Origin: a virus
DNA: 64,000 bases
Direction: 5' to 3' (one strand)
Virus record (IMG/VR): IMGVR_UViG_3300021963_005267
Coordinates: 42,584 to 106,583 of that record
Positions 9,709-19,947 of the stretch are shown piece by piece. A model generated the notes under the pieces. The model was not told the DNA's origin. It worked only from the letters and a program-made list of their open reading frames with translations, and did no database searches. How positions within the stretch are numbered: position 1 is the stretch's first letter; every line of letters begins with the position of its first letter. The position numbers were made by a program, and so were the translations under genes.

Positions 9709-10770
9709 ATGAAAACATTTCAAATATTAACTAGAACTTCCAGCAAGCAGATGAACGAATCGTTTGAAAAAACGTTCGGATCCAAGCTAAATCTAGAAGG
9801 TTTCAGCTTGACTCAGCTAGAAGATGCTAGAAATAGGCTACGCACAAAGATCAGCCAGGTACGTGCAGAAGCAAACTTTAACGAAACAATCGAAAACGAA
9901 GATGTAACTAAAACACAGTGGATGTTAGACATCATCAACAAAGAGATTTCAGAAAGAACTGAACAACAGGTTGATGAGTCCGATCCTGCAGAAATGTTCA
10001 AAGGCATCGACATCGGAGAAGCTTCGCCAGGCGATGACGACGATATGGCAAAAGATACCGATTACGATGATAAGGATTCAGAGTATGACGACGAGGACGG
10101 AGAACCTCGAGGATCATATGACAGCAGCGATGATGCAGAAGCCCTAGCATCTGCAGGTTTTGGATCGGATGAAGACTATGGGCATTACGGCGATGACGAA
10201 TCGTTTGGAATATATGACAGTTACGATTTTAATACTGGACAACCAATTGGAGAAAGCATGAAAAAAATCAACGAAAGTGAATTAAACAAAGCATCCGCTG
10301 TTGTTTCTGCAAAGAGCATGGTGGACAAAGTAAGCCGCTGGATCGAAGAACTAGCAGGCATGGAGAATGACACCCTACTAACACTAGGTGATAGTATCCG
10401 TGATGAAATGGGACAGGAACAGGCCAAACAGTTTTTAAGCACTGTTGCTCCTTCTATCCAAGCAGCATTAGATACACTAAAGACTGCTCGTGAAACGATG
10501 GCTTCTGGTGTAAGAGGACTGACAGGTGAAGAACAATCTGCAGAAATGATTGGCGCAGAACCAGAAGGCGGAATGGGTGCAGAGCCAGCAGCTGATTCAA
10601 TGGCTGATGCTGGTGCCGATTCAATGAATGATGCTGATGCTGCGAACAATGCAGAACTAGACAACTTTGCGGCAGCAGAACCAGCAGCAGGTGGACTAGA
10701 GGCAGCTGGACGTGAGAAGCGTGAAAGCATCAATCGTCAAACTCGTTTAATGAACATTCTGGCAGGCTAA
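9709..10770 (+). CDS. Acidic putative head/scaffold-associated protein
   Basis: Very acidic, low-complexity linkers, repeated xNES sites; late-promoter motif upstream. Confidence 0.5.
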   Translation: MKTFQILTRTSSKQMNESFEKTFGSKLNLEGFSLTQLEDARNRLRTKISQVRAEANFNETIENEDVTKTQWMLDIINKEISERTEQQVDESDPAEMFKGIDIGEASPGDDDDMAKDTDYDDKDSEYDDEDGEPRGSYDSSDDAEALASAGFGSDEDYGHYGDDESFGIYDSYDFNTGQPIGESMKKINESELNKASAVVSAKSMVDKVSRWIEELAGMENDTLLTLGDSIRDEMGQEQAKQFLSTVAPSIQAALDTLKTARETMASGVRGLTGEEQSAEMIGAEPEGGMGAEPAADSMADAGADSMNDADAANNAELDNFAAAEPAAGGLEAAGREKRESINRQTRLMNILAG

Positions 10771-11261
10771 TGAGACTAGACGAAATTGTTTCCGAAAAGG
10801 AACGCCAACAGTTAGATGAGATATTACCTGCGTTAGCAGCTGGTGCTGCCATTGCAGGTAGAGTAGCGTTAGGCGGTGCTCAACTAGTTGGTAGAGGTGC
10901 TATGGCAGCTGGTCGAGCAGTAGGTAGCCTAGCAGCTCGAGGCGCTAATGCCTTGGGGCAGGCAGTTAAATCTGGTGCCCAAGCAGCAGGCCAAGCAGTT
11001 AAGACTGGAGCACAAAACGCTGCTACCAATGTAGCCAAAGGTGCAAGCCAGCTAGGTCAACAAGTAGGTAAAGCCGCAGCAACGTCAAACATGGCACAGG
11101 CTGTAGCAGGTGGCAGTGCATCGTCTGAACTGGATAAAAAACAAAAAGAGTTAGACGATAGAGAACAGGCAATACAACAAACAACACAGCAACAACAGAT
11201 TCAGATGCAGCAATTACAAAAAGCTTTAGATGACTTCAAAAAACAAACAGGCCTAAAATGA
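10770..11261 (+). CDS. Ala/Gly/Gln-rich putative internal virion protein
   Basis: MRLDEIVSE N-terminus; AGQAVK-type repeats. Confidence 0.5.
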   Translation: MRLDEIVSEKERQQLDEILPALAAGAAIAGRVALGGAQLVGRGAMAAGRAVGSLAARGANALGQAVKSGAQAAGQAVKTGAQNAATNVAKGASQLGQQVGKAAATSNMAQAVAGGSASSELDKKQKELDDREQAIQQTTQQQQIQMQQLQKALDDFKKQTGLK

Positions 11262-11653
11262 GATTTAAAGAATTTGCACCAATCTTTGAAGCTGATGCAG
11301 TTGCTGGTGATCAGTTCGTTCTAGCATTGAATAACTACATTAACACAGCAGCTTTAAAAGACAAAGAACAGGGACTTCCTATGAAGTTCAACTGGAAAGG
11401 TTTTGCTAACCTAATGAAGCATTATGGTTACGAAATGGCAGCAGATTACGAAACATTCAAAGTCATCTATGACGGCTCTCCAGAAGCTGTTAAGGCTAAG
11501 ATCAAAGACTTCAATCGTGATTATATCGAATTAGAAGTACCCGGCATAACTAATGATAACCCAGAGTTAGCTCCAGGTCAGGATTCGCAAAACGCGGTTA
11601 ACCAAATGGCCGCAAAAGCAGCCGATAAACAGTTGAAACAAGCAGCCGCTTGA
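11258..11653 (+). CDS. Hypothetical phage protein
   Basis: MRFKEF N-terminus; coupled ORF. Confidence 0.65.
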   Translation: MRFKEFAPIFEADAVAGDQFVLALNNYINTAALKDKEQGLPMKFNWKGFANLMKHYGYEMAADYETFKVIYDGSPEAVKAKIKDFNRDYIELEVPGITNDNPELAPGQDSQNAVNQMAAKAADKQLKQAAA

Positions 11654-11686
11654 TGCTAAACTGTTTGATATAATCAAACAATAATT

Positions 11687-12361
11687 ATGACACTACTCGT
11701 AGACAAATACAAATACCCCGCCACCACACGCGAAACAATCGATGGTAAGAGACATTATGTTTCAGAAGGCTTAGATCCTGTACCTAGCGTTACAACTATC
11801 TTAGATTCCACAAAAGATAAAACTTTTCTTATAGCCTGGAGAAAACGGGTAGGAGAAGAAAAAGCTAGACAAATTACTACTGAAGCAGCAGGTGTGGGCA
11901 CTTCAATGCATACTTACTTAGAAAAGTATGTCAAGGGTGAAACTATTAAAGCAGGCTCTAATCACGTACATCAGCAGGGCTTTAAAATGGCTGAAATAGT
12001 TATAGCCAAAGGACTAAGTCAAGTCAATGAACTTTGGGGCAGTGAAGTTAGCCTTTACTACCCGGGTTTATACGCAGGAACTACTGACGGAGTTGGTGTC
12101 TTTAACGGTAACCCTGCTATCATTGACTTCAAGCAAACTAACAAACCTAAGAAAGAAGAATGGGTTGAAGATTACTACCTACAGTTGGTAGCATACGCAA
12201 TGGCCCATAACGAGATGCACGGAACAGATATCCGTGAAGGGCACGTTTTAATGTGTTCTAGAGATCTAGAATATCAACAGTTCGATTTAACCCCAAATCG
12301 CTGGAATGAGTACCAGGACAAGTGGTTAGCAAGGGTTGAACAATACTATGCTAGCAGATAA
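11687..12361 (+). CDS. PD-(D/E)XK exonuclease
   Basis: PSVTTIL, GTSMH, YAGTTD, IIDFKQ, QLVAYA motifs. Confidence 0.85.
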   Translation: MTLLVDKYKYPATTRETIDGKRHYVSEGLDPVPSVTTILDSTKDKTFLIAWRKRVGEEKARQITTEAAGVGTSMHTYLEKYVKGETIKAGSNHVHQQGFKMAEIVIAKGLSQVNELWGSEVSLYYPGLYAGTTDGVGVFNGNPAIIDFKQTNKPKKEEWVEDYYLQLVAYAMAHNEMHGTDIREGHVLMCSRDLEYQQFDLTPNRWNEYQDKWLARVEQYYASR

Positions 12362-12385
12362 ATACCCAATAACGGGAAATTATCT

Positions 12386-14137
12386 ATGGCAGTAGTGCAA
12401 ATATCCAAAATACAAGTTCGCAAAGGCGAAAAATTAAAGACAGGAATTCCACAGTTATCAGGGGGCGAGTTTGCGTGGGCTGTAGATACGCAAGAATTAT
12501 ACATCGGTAATGGAAGTGTTGCCGACGGAGCACCTGCTGTAGGAAATACCAAGATCCTCACAGAGTTCGATAACATATTAGATCTTTCTAGATCTTATAA
12601 ATTTGAAGAGGCTAATCCTTCTATCACAAACAGTATAGGTAGGAGTCTCCAATCCAAGTTAGACGACTTTGTAAACGTAGCAGATTATGGTGCAGTCCCA
12701 GATGTCAGCACAGATTCTACCGCTGCATTCCAAGCAGCGTTGAATGATCTATACATAGGGGCTAGCAATAACACAAAGAAAAAATTATATGTTCCACCGG
12801 GGCAATATAATTTTCTTACTAACCTAACGATTCCCACAGGTGCGGTAATACAGGGAGAATCTGTAGATTCAGTAGTATTAAACATCGAAGCAAACAGTAT
12901 TGTTACTTGCACAGCGGTAGGTACTATTTTAGGTTTGTTCACCTCCACTGATAGACCAGAAAACATAACAGTTTCAAATTTAACTGTTAAACGCTCAACT
13001 GGTCAACTAGTTCTAACTGGTGTTAGAAATGCCTACATACAAAATGTAAAATTCCAGGGCGAATATATTATCGGAAGTTCTAGCGGTAGTTCTGCGGTTA
13101 CTTGGCAGAACTCTACAGAAGGAACAAAGGTAGATGACATATTCTTTGACAGATGTCAATTTGAATCTGTACCTATTGGTGTGTATGCTATCTCCTCAAC
13201 ATCTCTTGAGACCGGTGTGAAATTTAAAGATTGTAAGTTCTATGTAAACTACAACGGAATTTATGTATCTGGAATAACTGATCAAGTGTATCGTTGGAAG
13301 ATCGAAAACTGTATATTTGATACCATCACTGCTGCTGGTGTATATTCTACAAATGGTGTAGGAACAAAGATATTAAATTCTACTTTTAGATTAGTAGGCA
13401 ACGGCGGTAGTGGCGGTCCGACTAGTCCTCAAACTCCAATGGTATACTTTAATCAATCAATTAATAATCAAGTAATTGATTGTTGGTTTGATAGATCACA
13501 AGCATATAATATTGTTAATTCTAATCTAAGAGCATCAGTACCAGAAGTACTAGGAGCAGGACACGTTAAGGTCGGAAATCAAATCAAATCAGATATTGTT
13601 AAGACTGATGCATTCAGACCTCTAGCAGTATTCAGTTGCCTTAATAGAAAAGTAAATCTTGATTATGTTTTAAAATTAGGCGACTATGTAAGACAAGGAC
13701 AACTGACCATTGCCATCCAACCAGATCTTGCTGCCGCTGCGTTATCAGATCATTATCAATATACAACTACCCAAGCTAACTTCACAGGTTCGATAACTGG
13801 TAGCATATTGACTGTAACAAATATCACCAACGGGCAGATTAATGTCAACGACGTTATTGTTGGCACCGAAGTACAGGGTGGTACTAGAATAACTGCTATT
13901 TTAACGGGATCGGGAGGTGTTGGTACATTCTCTGTAGATCTTTCACAAACATCGGTATCATCAGCTATGAGAACAGCAGGTTCAGGAGCATCAGTTATGT
14001 TTAATTTTGATTTTGGTTATGAGATTAGAGACAATGATGCAGACTCGGGTGCTGAGACTCTTGTTCTCACATATAAAAATCCGTTAGCAACAGGACAAAC
14101 AGGCGCAATAAACTTCTTCGTATCATACGGTGTTTAA
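12386..14137 (+). CDS. Tail fibre/tailspike-like protein with pectate-lyase-type beta-helix
   Basis: N-terminal IQVRKG...GEFAWAVDTQELYIGNG head domain; VNVADYGA...DSTAAFQAA beta-helix start. Confidence 0.75.
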   Translation: MAVVQISKIQVRKGEKLKTGIPQLSGGEFAWAVDTQELYIGNGSVADGAPAVGNTKILTEFDNILDLSRSYKFEEANPSITNSIGRSLQSKLDDFVNVADYGAVPDVSTDSTAAFQAALNDLYIGASNNTKKKLYVPPGQYNFLTNLTIPTGAVIQGESVDSVVLNIEANSIVTCTAVGTILGLFTSTDRPENITVSNLTVKRSTGQLVLTGVRNAYIQNVKFQGEYIIGSSSGSSAVTWQNSTEGTKVDDIFFDRCQFESVPIGVYAISSTSLETGVKFKDCKFYVNYNGIYVSGITDQVYRWKIENCIFDTITAAGVYSTNGVGTKILNSTFRLVGNGGSGGPTSPQTPMVYFNQSINNQVIDCWFDRSQAYNIVNSNLRASVPEVLGAGHVKVGNQIKSDIVKTDAFRPLAVFSCLNRKVNLDYVLKLGDYVRQGQLTIAIQPDLAAAALSDHYQYTTTQANFTGSITGSILTVTNITNGQINVNDVIVGTEVQGGTRITAILTGSGGVGTFSVDLSQTSVSSAMRTAGSGASVMFNFDFGYEIRDNDADSGAETLVLTYKNPLATGQTGAINFFVSYGV

Positions 14138-14555
14138 TCTTCATAAAGAAGATAGGATCAAAGCGTGGAAAGACTTCAGAGAAACCCTAGAGACAAGTGC
14201 CACTCCGCTGGAGGATGTGGCACTGTTCTGGAGCCACTGCCCGTTTGTTAATCACTATCTGAATCCACAAGATCCAGCAAGCTGGCCAGATCCCTGGAAG
14301 CTAATCATTGACGGAAAGTTTGATAATTTAGCTATTGCTCTTGGTATGCTTTATACGTTAAAATTAACTCAGCGGTTTATTGAGAGCGAATGCGAGATAC
14401 ATATGTCTATGTCCCCCAACGAAAAAGAACACGATTATTTTTTAGTTGTTGACAAGAGTCACGTTCTTAATTTTGATTATGGAAAGTGCTCACCGTTATC
14501 TGCCGTCGCAAGCGGCTCTTCCAGCATCATTTGGTCCGGTCGAGAATTACCATAA
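14130..14555 (+). CDS. Hypothetical phage protein
   Basis: 141-aa ORF overlapping the upstream stop. Confidence 0.65.
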   Translation: MFNLHKEDRIKAWKDFRETLETSATPLEDVALFWSHCPFVNHYLNPQDPASWPDPWKLIIDGKFDNLAIALGMLYTLKLTQRFIESECEIHMSMSPNEKEHDYFLVVDKSHVLNFDYGKCSPLSAVASGSSSIIWSGRELP

Positions 14556-14586
14556 ATATTCCATTATAATAAAAAATAGAGGCGAT

Positions 14587-16932
14587 ATGACAACGATTAC
14601 TGTTATTAAAAGAAACGGAAAGAAAGAGCCACTGACATTAGAAAAGTGGCAGACACAGGTAGCAAAAGTATGTAAAGGTATCGCTGACGTCAGTCAGTCG
14701 ATGATAGAAATCAAAGCTCAACCTCATTTTTACGATGGCATTACCACAAATGAAATTGATGAAATAACTCTACGTGCTATCGTAGATTTAATTGATGTTG
14801 AACACAATCCCGATGTGGGTCATACCAATTATCAATATGTAGCAGGCAAGCAACGTTTGTCTATGCTACGTAAGGATGTATATGGTGAATACGATCCTCC
14901 CCACCTTTACGAAATCGTAAAGAAAAATATCTCAGTTGGTCTTTACACTCCAGAACTTCTTAAGTGGTATTCAGAAGATGATTGGAACAAGATGGACGAC
15001 ATGCTAGATCACGAAAAAGATGAAGATTACTCGTATGCTGCGATTGAACAGTTAATAGAGAAGTATTTGGTACGCAATCGTGCGACAAAAGAAATTTATG
15101 AAACCCCACAAGTTAGATACATGGTAGCGGCTGCTACTGTGTTCCATAAAGAAGAGCCTAATAGTGCTCGCATGAAGTTCATTAAGGAGTATTACAATGC
15201 GGCTTCAGACGGTTTATTTACTCTCGCTACTCCTGTTCTTGCTGGGCTTGGGACTCCCACTAAGCAGTTCAGTAGTTGTGTTCTCATTCGCAGTGATGAT
15301 GATCTTGACTCCATTTTTGCTTCTGGCGAAATGATGGCTAAGTATGCTAGTAAACGTGCTGGCATTGGTTTAGAGATTGGCAGACTTCGTCCACTAGGTG
15401 CACCTATTAGAGGTGGCGAAATTATGCACACTGGCATGATTCCTTTTTTGAAGAAGTGGTTCGGTGACTTACGTTCTTGCTCACAAGGCGGCATTCGAAA
15501 TGCGAGTGCTACAGTTTTTTATCCTATTTGGCATCATCAGTTTGACGACCTTATTGTGCTTAAAAACAATCAAGGAACTGAGGAAACTCGTGTACGACAC
15601 ATGGACTACGGAGTTGTACTATCAGCGTTCTTTTGGCGTCGTTTTAAAAACAAAGAAGATATTACTTTCTTTGATCCTAACGAAGTACCTGATCTGTACG
15701 AGGCCTTCTATCAAAATACAGAATTATTTGAACAGTTATATGTAAAATACGAAAGACAAAAAGGTCTACGTAAAAAGACAATGAATGCCGAGGAAGTGTT
15801 TAAATCCGGCATCTTAAAAGAGCGCACTGATACTGGTCGTATCTATCTAGTGTTTATTGACAACGTGATGAACCAAGGACCTTTTGATCCTGAGTATCAT
15901 ACAATTTATCAGAGTAACCTTTGCTGTGAAATTCTATTACCTACTAAGCCCTTTAAACGTTTGGATGACCCTGATGGTCGTATCGCTCTATGCACGTTGG
16001 GATCGATCAACTGGGGTGCTTTCCGTAATCCGGAAGATATGCGTCGCGCTTGTCGTATTCTTCAGCGTAGCCTTTGCAATATATTGGACTACCAAGACTT
16101 TCTATCAATACAATCTAGACTCAGCAATGATGAGATACAACCACTAGGCATTGGTGTAACTAACCTAGCTTATTGGCACGCCAAACGTGGACACAAGTAC
16201 GGCGAGAAAGATGCTCTGGCTGAAGTTAAGAGTTGGATGGAGCATCAGGCTTACTACCTAACAGAAGCTACAGTTGAATTGGCTAAAGAGCGTGGCAAGT
16301 GCCTACATTCAGATCTTACTAGATATGGTAAGGGAGAATTTCCTTGGGAGCATCGTGCCAAAGGAGTTAACGAACTCACAGACTTTAAACCAGAATTAGA
16401 TTGGGAACCTCTACGCAAGGATATGAAACAATATGGTGTACGCAATGCTACACTTATGGCTATTGCTCCAGTCGAGTCTAGTAGTGTTGTTATTAATAGC
16501 ACAAATGGAATAGAAATGCCAATGAGCCTTATCTCTACTAAAGAGTCAAAGGCCGGATCGTTTACTCAAGTAGTACCAGACTTCCAAAGATTGAAAAACA
16601 AATATCAATTGATGTGGGAACAAAAAGACTGTTTAGGATATCTTAAAACAGCAGCAGTGTTAGCAGCATATGTTGATCAAAGTATCAGTACTAACACATT
16701 CTACAATCCAGCGCACTTCCCAGAGCGCAAAGTTCCAACTACAATGATCGCTAAGAATCTAATGTTAGCACATCATTGGGGTATCAAGACTTTCTACTAC
16801 AGTTTGATTAACAAAGCAGGTAGTAAACAGCAAGACCCCGAGCCGAAATTAAACGGACATCATATAGCAGAGTTAGAAGCTAATGGATTTAGTGTCGACA
16901 TAGAAGATGACTGCGAGGCATGTAAGTTATGA
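14587..16932 (+). CDS. nrdA: Ribonucleotide reductase class Ia alpha subunit
   Basis: ATP-cone start VIKRNG, SSCVL, QSNLCCEI, C-terminal CEAC; start set at the ATG after GAGG SD. Confidence 0.96.
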   Translation: MTTITVIKRNGKKEPLTLEKWQTQVAKVCKGIADVSQSMIEIKAQPHFYDGITTNEIDEITLRAIVDLIDVEHNPDVGHTNYQYVAGKQRLSMLRKDVYGEYDPPHLYEIVKKNISVGLYTPELLKWYSEDDWNKMDDMLDHEKDEDYSYAAIEQLIEKYLVRNRATKEIYETPQVRYMVAAATVFHKEEPNSARMKFIKEYYNAASDGLFTLATPVLAGLGTPTKQFSSCVLIRSDDDLDSIFASGEMMAKYASKRAGIGLEIGRLRPLGAPIRGGEIMHTGMIPFLKKWFGDLRSCSQGGIRNASATVFYPIWHHQFDDLIVLKNNQGTEETRVRHMDYGVVLSAFFWRRFKNKEDITFFDPNEVPDLYEAFYQNTELFEQLYVKYERQKGLRKKTMNAEEVFKSGILKERTDTGRIYLVFIDNVMNQGPFDPEYHTIYQSNLCCEILLPTKPFKRLDDPDGRIALCTLGSINWGAFRNPEDMRRACRILQRSLCNILDYQDFLSIQSRLSNDEIQPLGIGVTNLAYWHAKRGHKYGEKDALAEVKSWMEHQAYYLTEATVELAKERGKCLHSDLTRYGKGEFPWEHRAKGVNELTDFKPELDWEPLRKDMKQYGVRNATLMAIAPVESSSVVINSTNGIEMPMSLISTKESKAGSFTQVVPDFQRLKNKYQLMWEQKDCLGYLKTAAVLAAYVDQSISTNTFYNPAHFPERKVPTTMIAKNLMLAHHWGIKTFYYSLINKAGSKQQDPEPKLNGHHIAELEANGFSVDIEDDCEACKL

Positions 16933-17159
16933 TAAATTGGAAAAAAGAAGGCGAAGTGGTTCGTCAAGGATTTAGCTTTTATCATCCTAAAGACGAATAC
17001 AGTGCAGGTGGATGTTTACGCATCGGAAATCGGTTATGGAGAGTGCGTTACTCAAAGTTTGCAAAAAAATGGTTTGTTGGATACGATAAAATAGATTCAA
17101 ATGCCCTACGAAAGTGGGAAGAACAAAACGGATATAAAAATGAGCAAGGCACAGTATAA
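16929..17159 (+). CDS. Small hypothetical protein between nrdA and nrdB
   Basis: Overlaps nrdA stop and nrdB start. Confidence 0.6.
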   Translation: MINWKKEGEVVRQGFSFYHPKDEYSAGGCLRIGNRLWRVRYSKFAKKWFVGYDKIDSNALRKWEEQNGYKNEQGTV

Positions 17160-18240
17160 TTTAAACACAAAGACAGACTATCTAAGTCGTAAGATGTTCT
17201 TGGATCCAGCAGGTCCAGTTACTATACAACGATTCGAAGAAGTCAAATACAACAAGATTGCAGACTTTGAAAAAACTGCACGTGGTTTCTTTTGGGTACC
17301 AGAAGAGATCAGCTTAACCAAAGATGCACAAGACTTTAAGGAGGCCAGTGATGCAGTTAAACATATCTTCACTAGCAACCTGCTTAGGCAAACTGCTCTT
17401 GACAGTCTGCAAGGTCGCGGCCCAAGTCAAATCTTTACTCCGGTCGTAAGTCTACCAGAACTAGAAGCACTAGTCTACAACTGGACATTCTTTGAAACTA
17501 ACATTCATAGTCGTTCATATAGTCACATCATTCGTAATATCTATAACGTGCCTAAGGAAGTTTTTAACACTATCCACGACACACAAGAGATCGTAGACAT
17601 GGCAAGTAGTGTTGGAAAATACTATGATAGATTACATACAGCCAATTGTAATATAGAAGCTGGATTACACGTAGATGAAGACTATCATATTAAATCAATT
17701 TATCTAGCTCTACATGCTTCGTATGCGTTAGAAGCATTCCGCTTTATGGTATCATTTGCTACAAGCCTAGCAATGGTTGAGAACAAGATCTTTATTGGTA
17801 ATGGTAATATCATTAGCCTAATCTTACAGGATGAACTGCTACACAAAGGGTGGACTGCTTTCTTGATTAATCAAGTAGTCAAAGAAGATCCTCGTTTTGC
17901 AAAAGCAGCGCAGGAATGTCAAGAAGAAGTTCTACAGATTTACAGAGATGTTATCGCTGAAGAAAAGTCCTGGGCCGATTATCTATTCAAGAAAGGCCCT
18001 GTTATTGGCCTTAATGCTAATATCCTAAAAGATTTTGTTGATTACACAGCAGTTGGCGCATTGAAAGATATCGGAATCAAATATTGGAATCCTGCTCCAA
18101 AGAGCACACCTATTCCTTGGTTTAACAAACATAGCGATACTAGCAAGAAGCAAACAGCATTACAAGAAAACGAAAGTACAAACTACGTAATCGGCGTAAT
18201 GAGTGATGCAATAGATTATGATGAGTTGCCTGCCCTATAA
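17140..18240 (+). CDS. nrdB: Ribonucleotide reductase class Ia beta subunit
   Basis: FFWVPEE, ETNIHSRSY, DELLH diiron motifs; C-terminal QENE..NY. Confidence 0.96.
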   Translation: MSKAQYNLNTKTDYLSRKMFLDPAGPVTIQRFEEVKYNKIADFEKTARGFFWVPEEISLTKDAQDFKEASDAVKHIFTSNLLRQTALDSLQGRGPSQIFTPVVSLPELEALVYNWTFFETNIHSRSYSHIIRNIYNVPKEVFNTIHDTQEIVDMASSVGKYYDRLHTANCNIEAGLHVDEDYHIKSIYLALHASYALEAFRFMVSFATSLAMVENKIFIGNGNIISLILQDELLHKGWTAFLINQVVKEDPRFAKAAQECQEEVLQIYRDVIAEEKSWADYLFKKGPVIGLNANILKDFVDYTAVGALKDIGIKYWNPAPKSTPIPWFNKHSDTSKKQTALQENESTNYVIGVMSDAIDYDELPAL

Positions 18241-18243
18241 ATA
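18236..18243 (+). promoter_or_regulatory. T4-type late promoter motif TATAAATA
   Basis: Exact T4 late consensus; also at 8708, 29627 and 61950, with TAAATA cores before many other genes. Confidence 0.6.
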
Positions 18244-18251
18244 GTTTTACT

Positions 18252-18437
18252 ATGAAATGGCAAGAACTCACAAATCAACAGAAACTATACCTAATAACAA
18301 TCAGAGTTAAGGAACCCGGATACAGTCGTTTGATAAAAACAACTGTATTCGCGGCTAATGTCGACATGGCTAAGAAATTAGCCAAAGCACAATATCCAAA
18401 TTGTAATTTAATCGGAATCCCAAAGGAGATAAAATGA
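18252..18437 (+). CDS. Small hypothetical protein
   Basis: 61-aa ORF directly after TATAAATA. Confidence 0.6.
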   Translation: MKWQELTNQQKLYLITIRVKEPGYSRLIKTTVFAANVDMAKKLAKAQYPNCNLIGIPKEIK

Positions 18438-19945
18438 CACCCGTTGTAAGGAGCAAGCATAAGGCTCTCCTCTTCCTCATCGCGAGAGAAGGCGAAGCAG
18501 GAAGATCCGGTGGTGGTCATCGTATCGCAACTGAAATCAGAAAACACGGTTGGGATGTTGAAGTAGTTGATTTTTTTCGATTTTGGACATTTGAGGAAAT
18601 AAAGCAACTGTTAATCTCCAGGATCGACGAAGATATGAAATTTATTGGTTTTGGATCATTGTTCTTGCAATGGCCAGAAATCGCCGAACAAACAGCAACC
18701 TGGATAAAAGAAAATCATCCAAACTTATTGATCATCTATGGTTCGCAAACATATGCAGAAATTAATACCAAACATATAGATTATCAGATATGTGGTTATG
18801 CTGAAACAATTTTTATAAAATTATTAAAGTATTTGTTTGCTTCAGGTGATCCAGTACAGTACATAACCATTAAAGGAACTAAAGTCATACAAGGCGGATG
18901 GGATGCTGCTCCCTGGAGAGATCCCGATATCATCTATGAAGATAGAGATTTCATACAGCCCTATGAATGGCTTTCTATAGAATTCAGTAGAGGGTGTAAG
19001 TTTGTATGTGACTACTGCAATCATCCTATGATCGGTGTTAAAGGAGATTGGACCAGAGATGCTGACAGCTTTGAAAGACAGATAAAAGATACCTATGATC
19101 GATTCGGATCTACAAGGTACATGATTAGCGATGAAACTTTTAACGATCGCACTGAGAAAATTACAAAGTTTGCCGATGTCGTAGAGAAGCTAGACTTCCA
19201 GCCTTTCTTCTGGGCATTCATACGCCCGGACCTGTTAGTAAAGAGAGGACAGAAGGAATGGGACGAACTGATACGAATGCAGGTAGTTTCTCATCTGTAC
19301 GGTATAGAAACATTTGGTCACGAATCGGGAAAAGCCATTGGAAAAGGCATGCATCCAGATATTCTAAAGCAAGGATTGATCGATGCCAAGAATTATTTCC
19401 ACGAAAAGAATGACGGACTCTACAGAGCAACTATCACACTCATAGCAGGTCTTCCTCACGATACAGAAGAACAAGTAGAAGCAAACTTCCAGTGGATGAT
19501 AGACAACTGGCAAGGTGAAAATGTAGTTTCGAATGTGCTAGACATTCCTCGTAAGAATGAATTCCATTTCTTAAATCAGAATTCAAAGATGACAATGGAT
19601 TATGCAAAGTACGGATATGAACAAGTATCTGAAGAAGAAGAAAAGCAGATCTGGGAAATGTTAAAAAAATATGAAAATTATAACTATGTTACTGGTTTCC
19701 GACCAGATAACATGATATGGAAAAATAAACATACCAACTGGGGAAGAATGGCAGAGTGGGTAGAGCTAATGTATTATAGATTTCACGAACACGATATTAG
19801 ATATCCGATACAACGTTTCTTTTATACTGCACCCGATTTGCCAATAAAAGAATTATTGTCTTATAATTATAAAAAAGGTTCACCGAAGCTTAATCTTAAT
19901 TATGAAATGATCAATAATTATAAGAATAAAAAATTAAGTGTGTAA
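18434..19945 (+). CDS. B12-binding-type radical SAM protein
   Basis: SRGCKFVCDYC (CxxxCxxC), DETF, GIETF, IAGLP; N-terminal Rossmann-like region. Confidence 0.85.
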   Translation: MTPVVRSKHKALLFLIAREGEAGRSGGGHRIATEIRKHGWDVEVVDFFRFWTFEEIKQLLISRIDEDMKFIGFGSLFLQWPEIAEQTATWIKENHPNLLIIYGSQTYAEINTKHIDYQICGYAETIFIKLLKYLFASGDPVQYITIKGTKVIQGGWDAAPWRDPDIIYEDRDFIQPYEWLSIEFSRGCKFVCDYCNHPMIGVKGDWTRDADSFERQIKDTYDRFGSTRYMISDETFNDRTEKITKFADVVEKLDFQPFFWAFIRPDLLVKRGQKEWDELIRMQVVSHLYGIETFGHESGKAIGKGMHPDILKQGLIDAKNYFHEKNDGLYRATITLIAGLPHDTEEQVEANFQWMIDNWQGENVVSNVLDIPRKNEFHFLNQNSKMTMDYAKYGYEQVSEEEEKQIWEMLKKYENYNYVTGFRPDNMIWKNKHTNWGRMAEWVELMYYRFHEHDIRYPIQRFFYTAPDLPIKELLSYNYKKGSPKLNLNYEMINNYKNKKLSV

Positions 19946-19947
19946 CT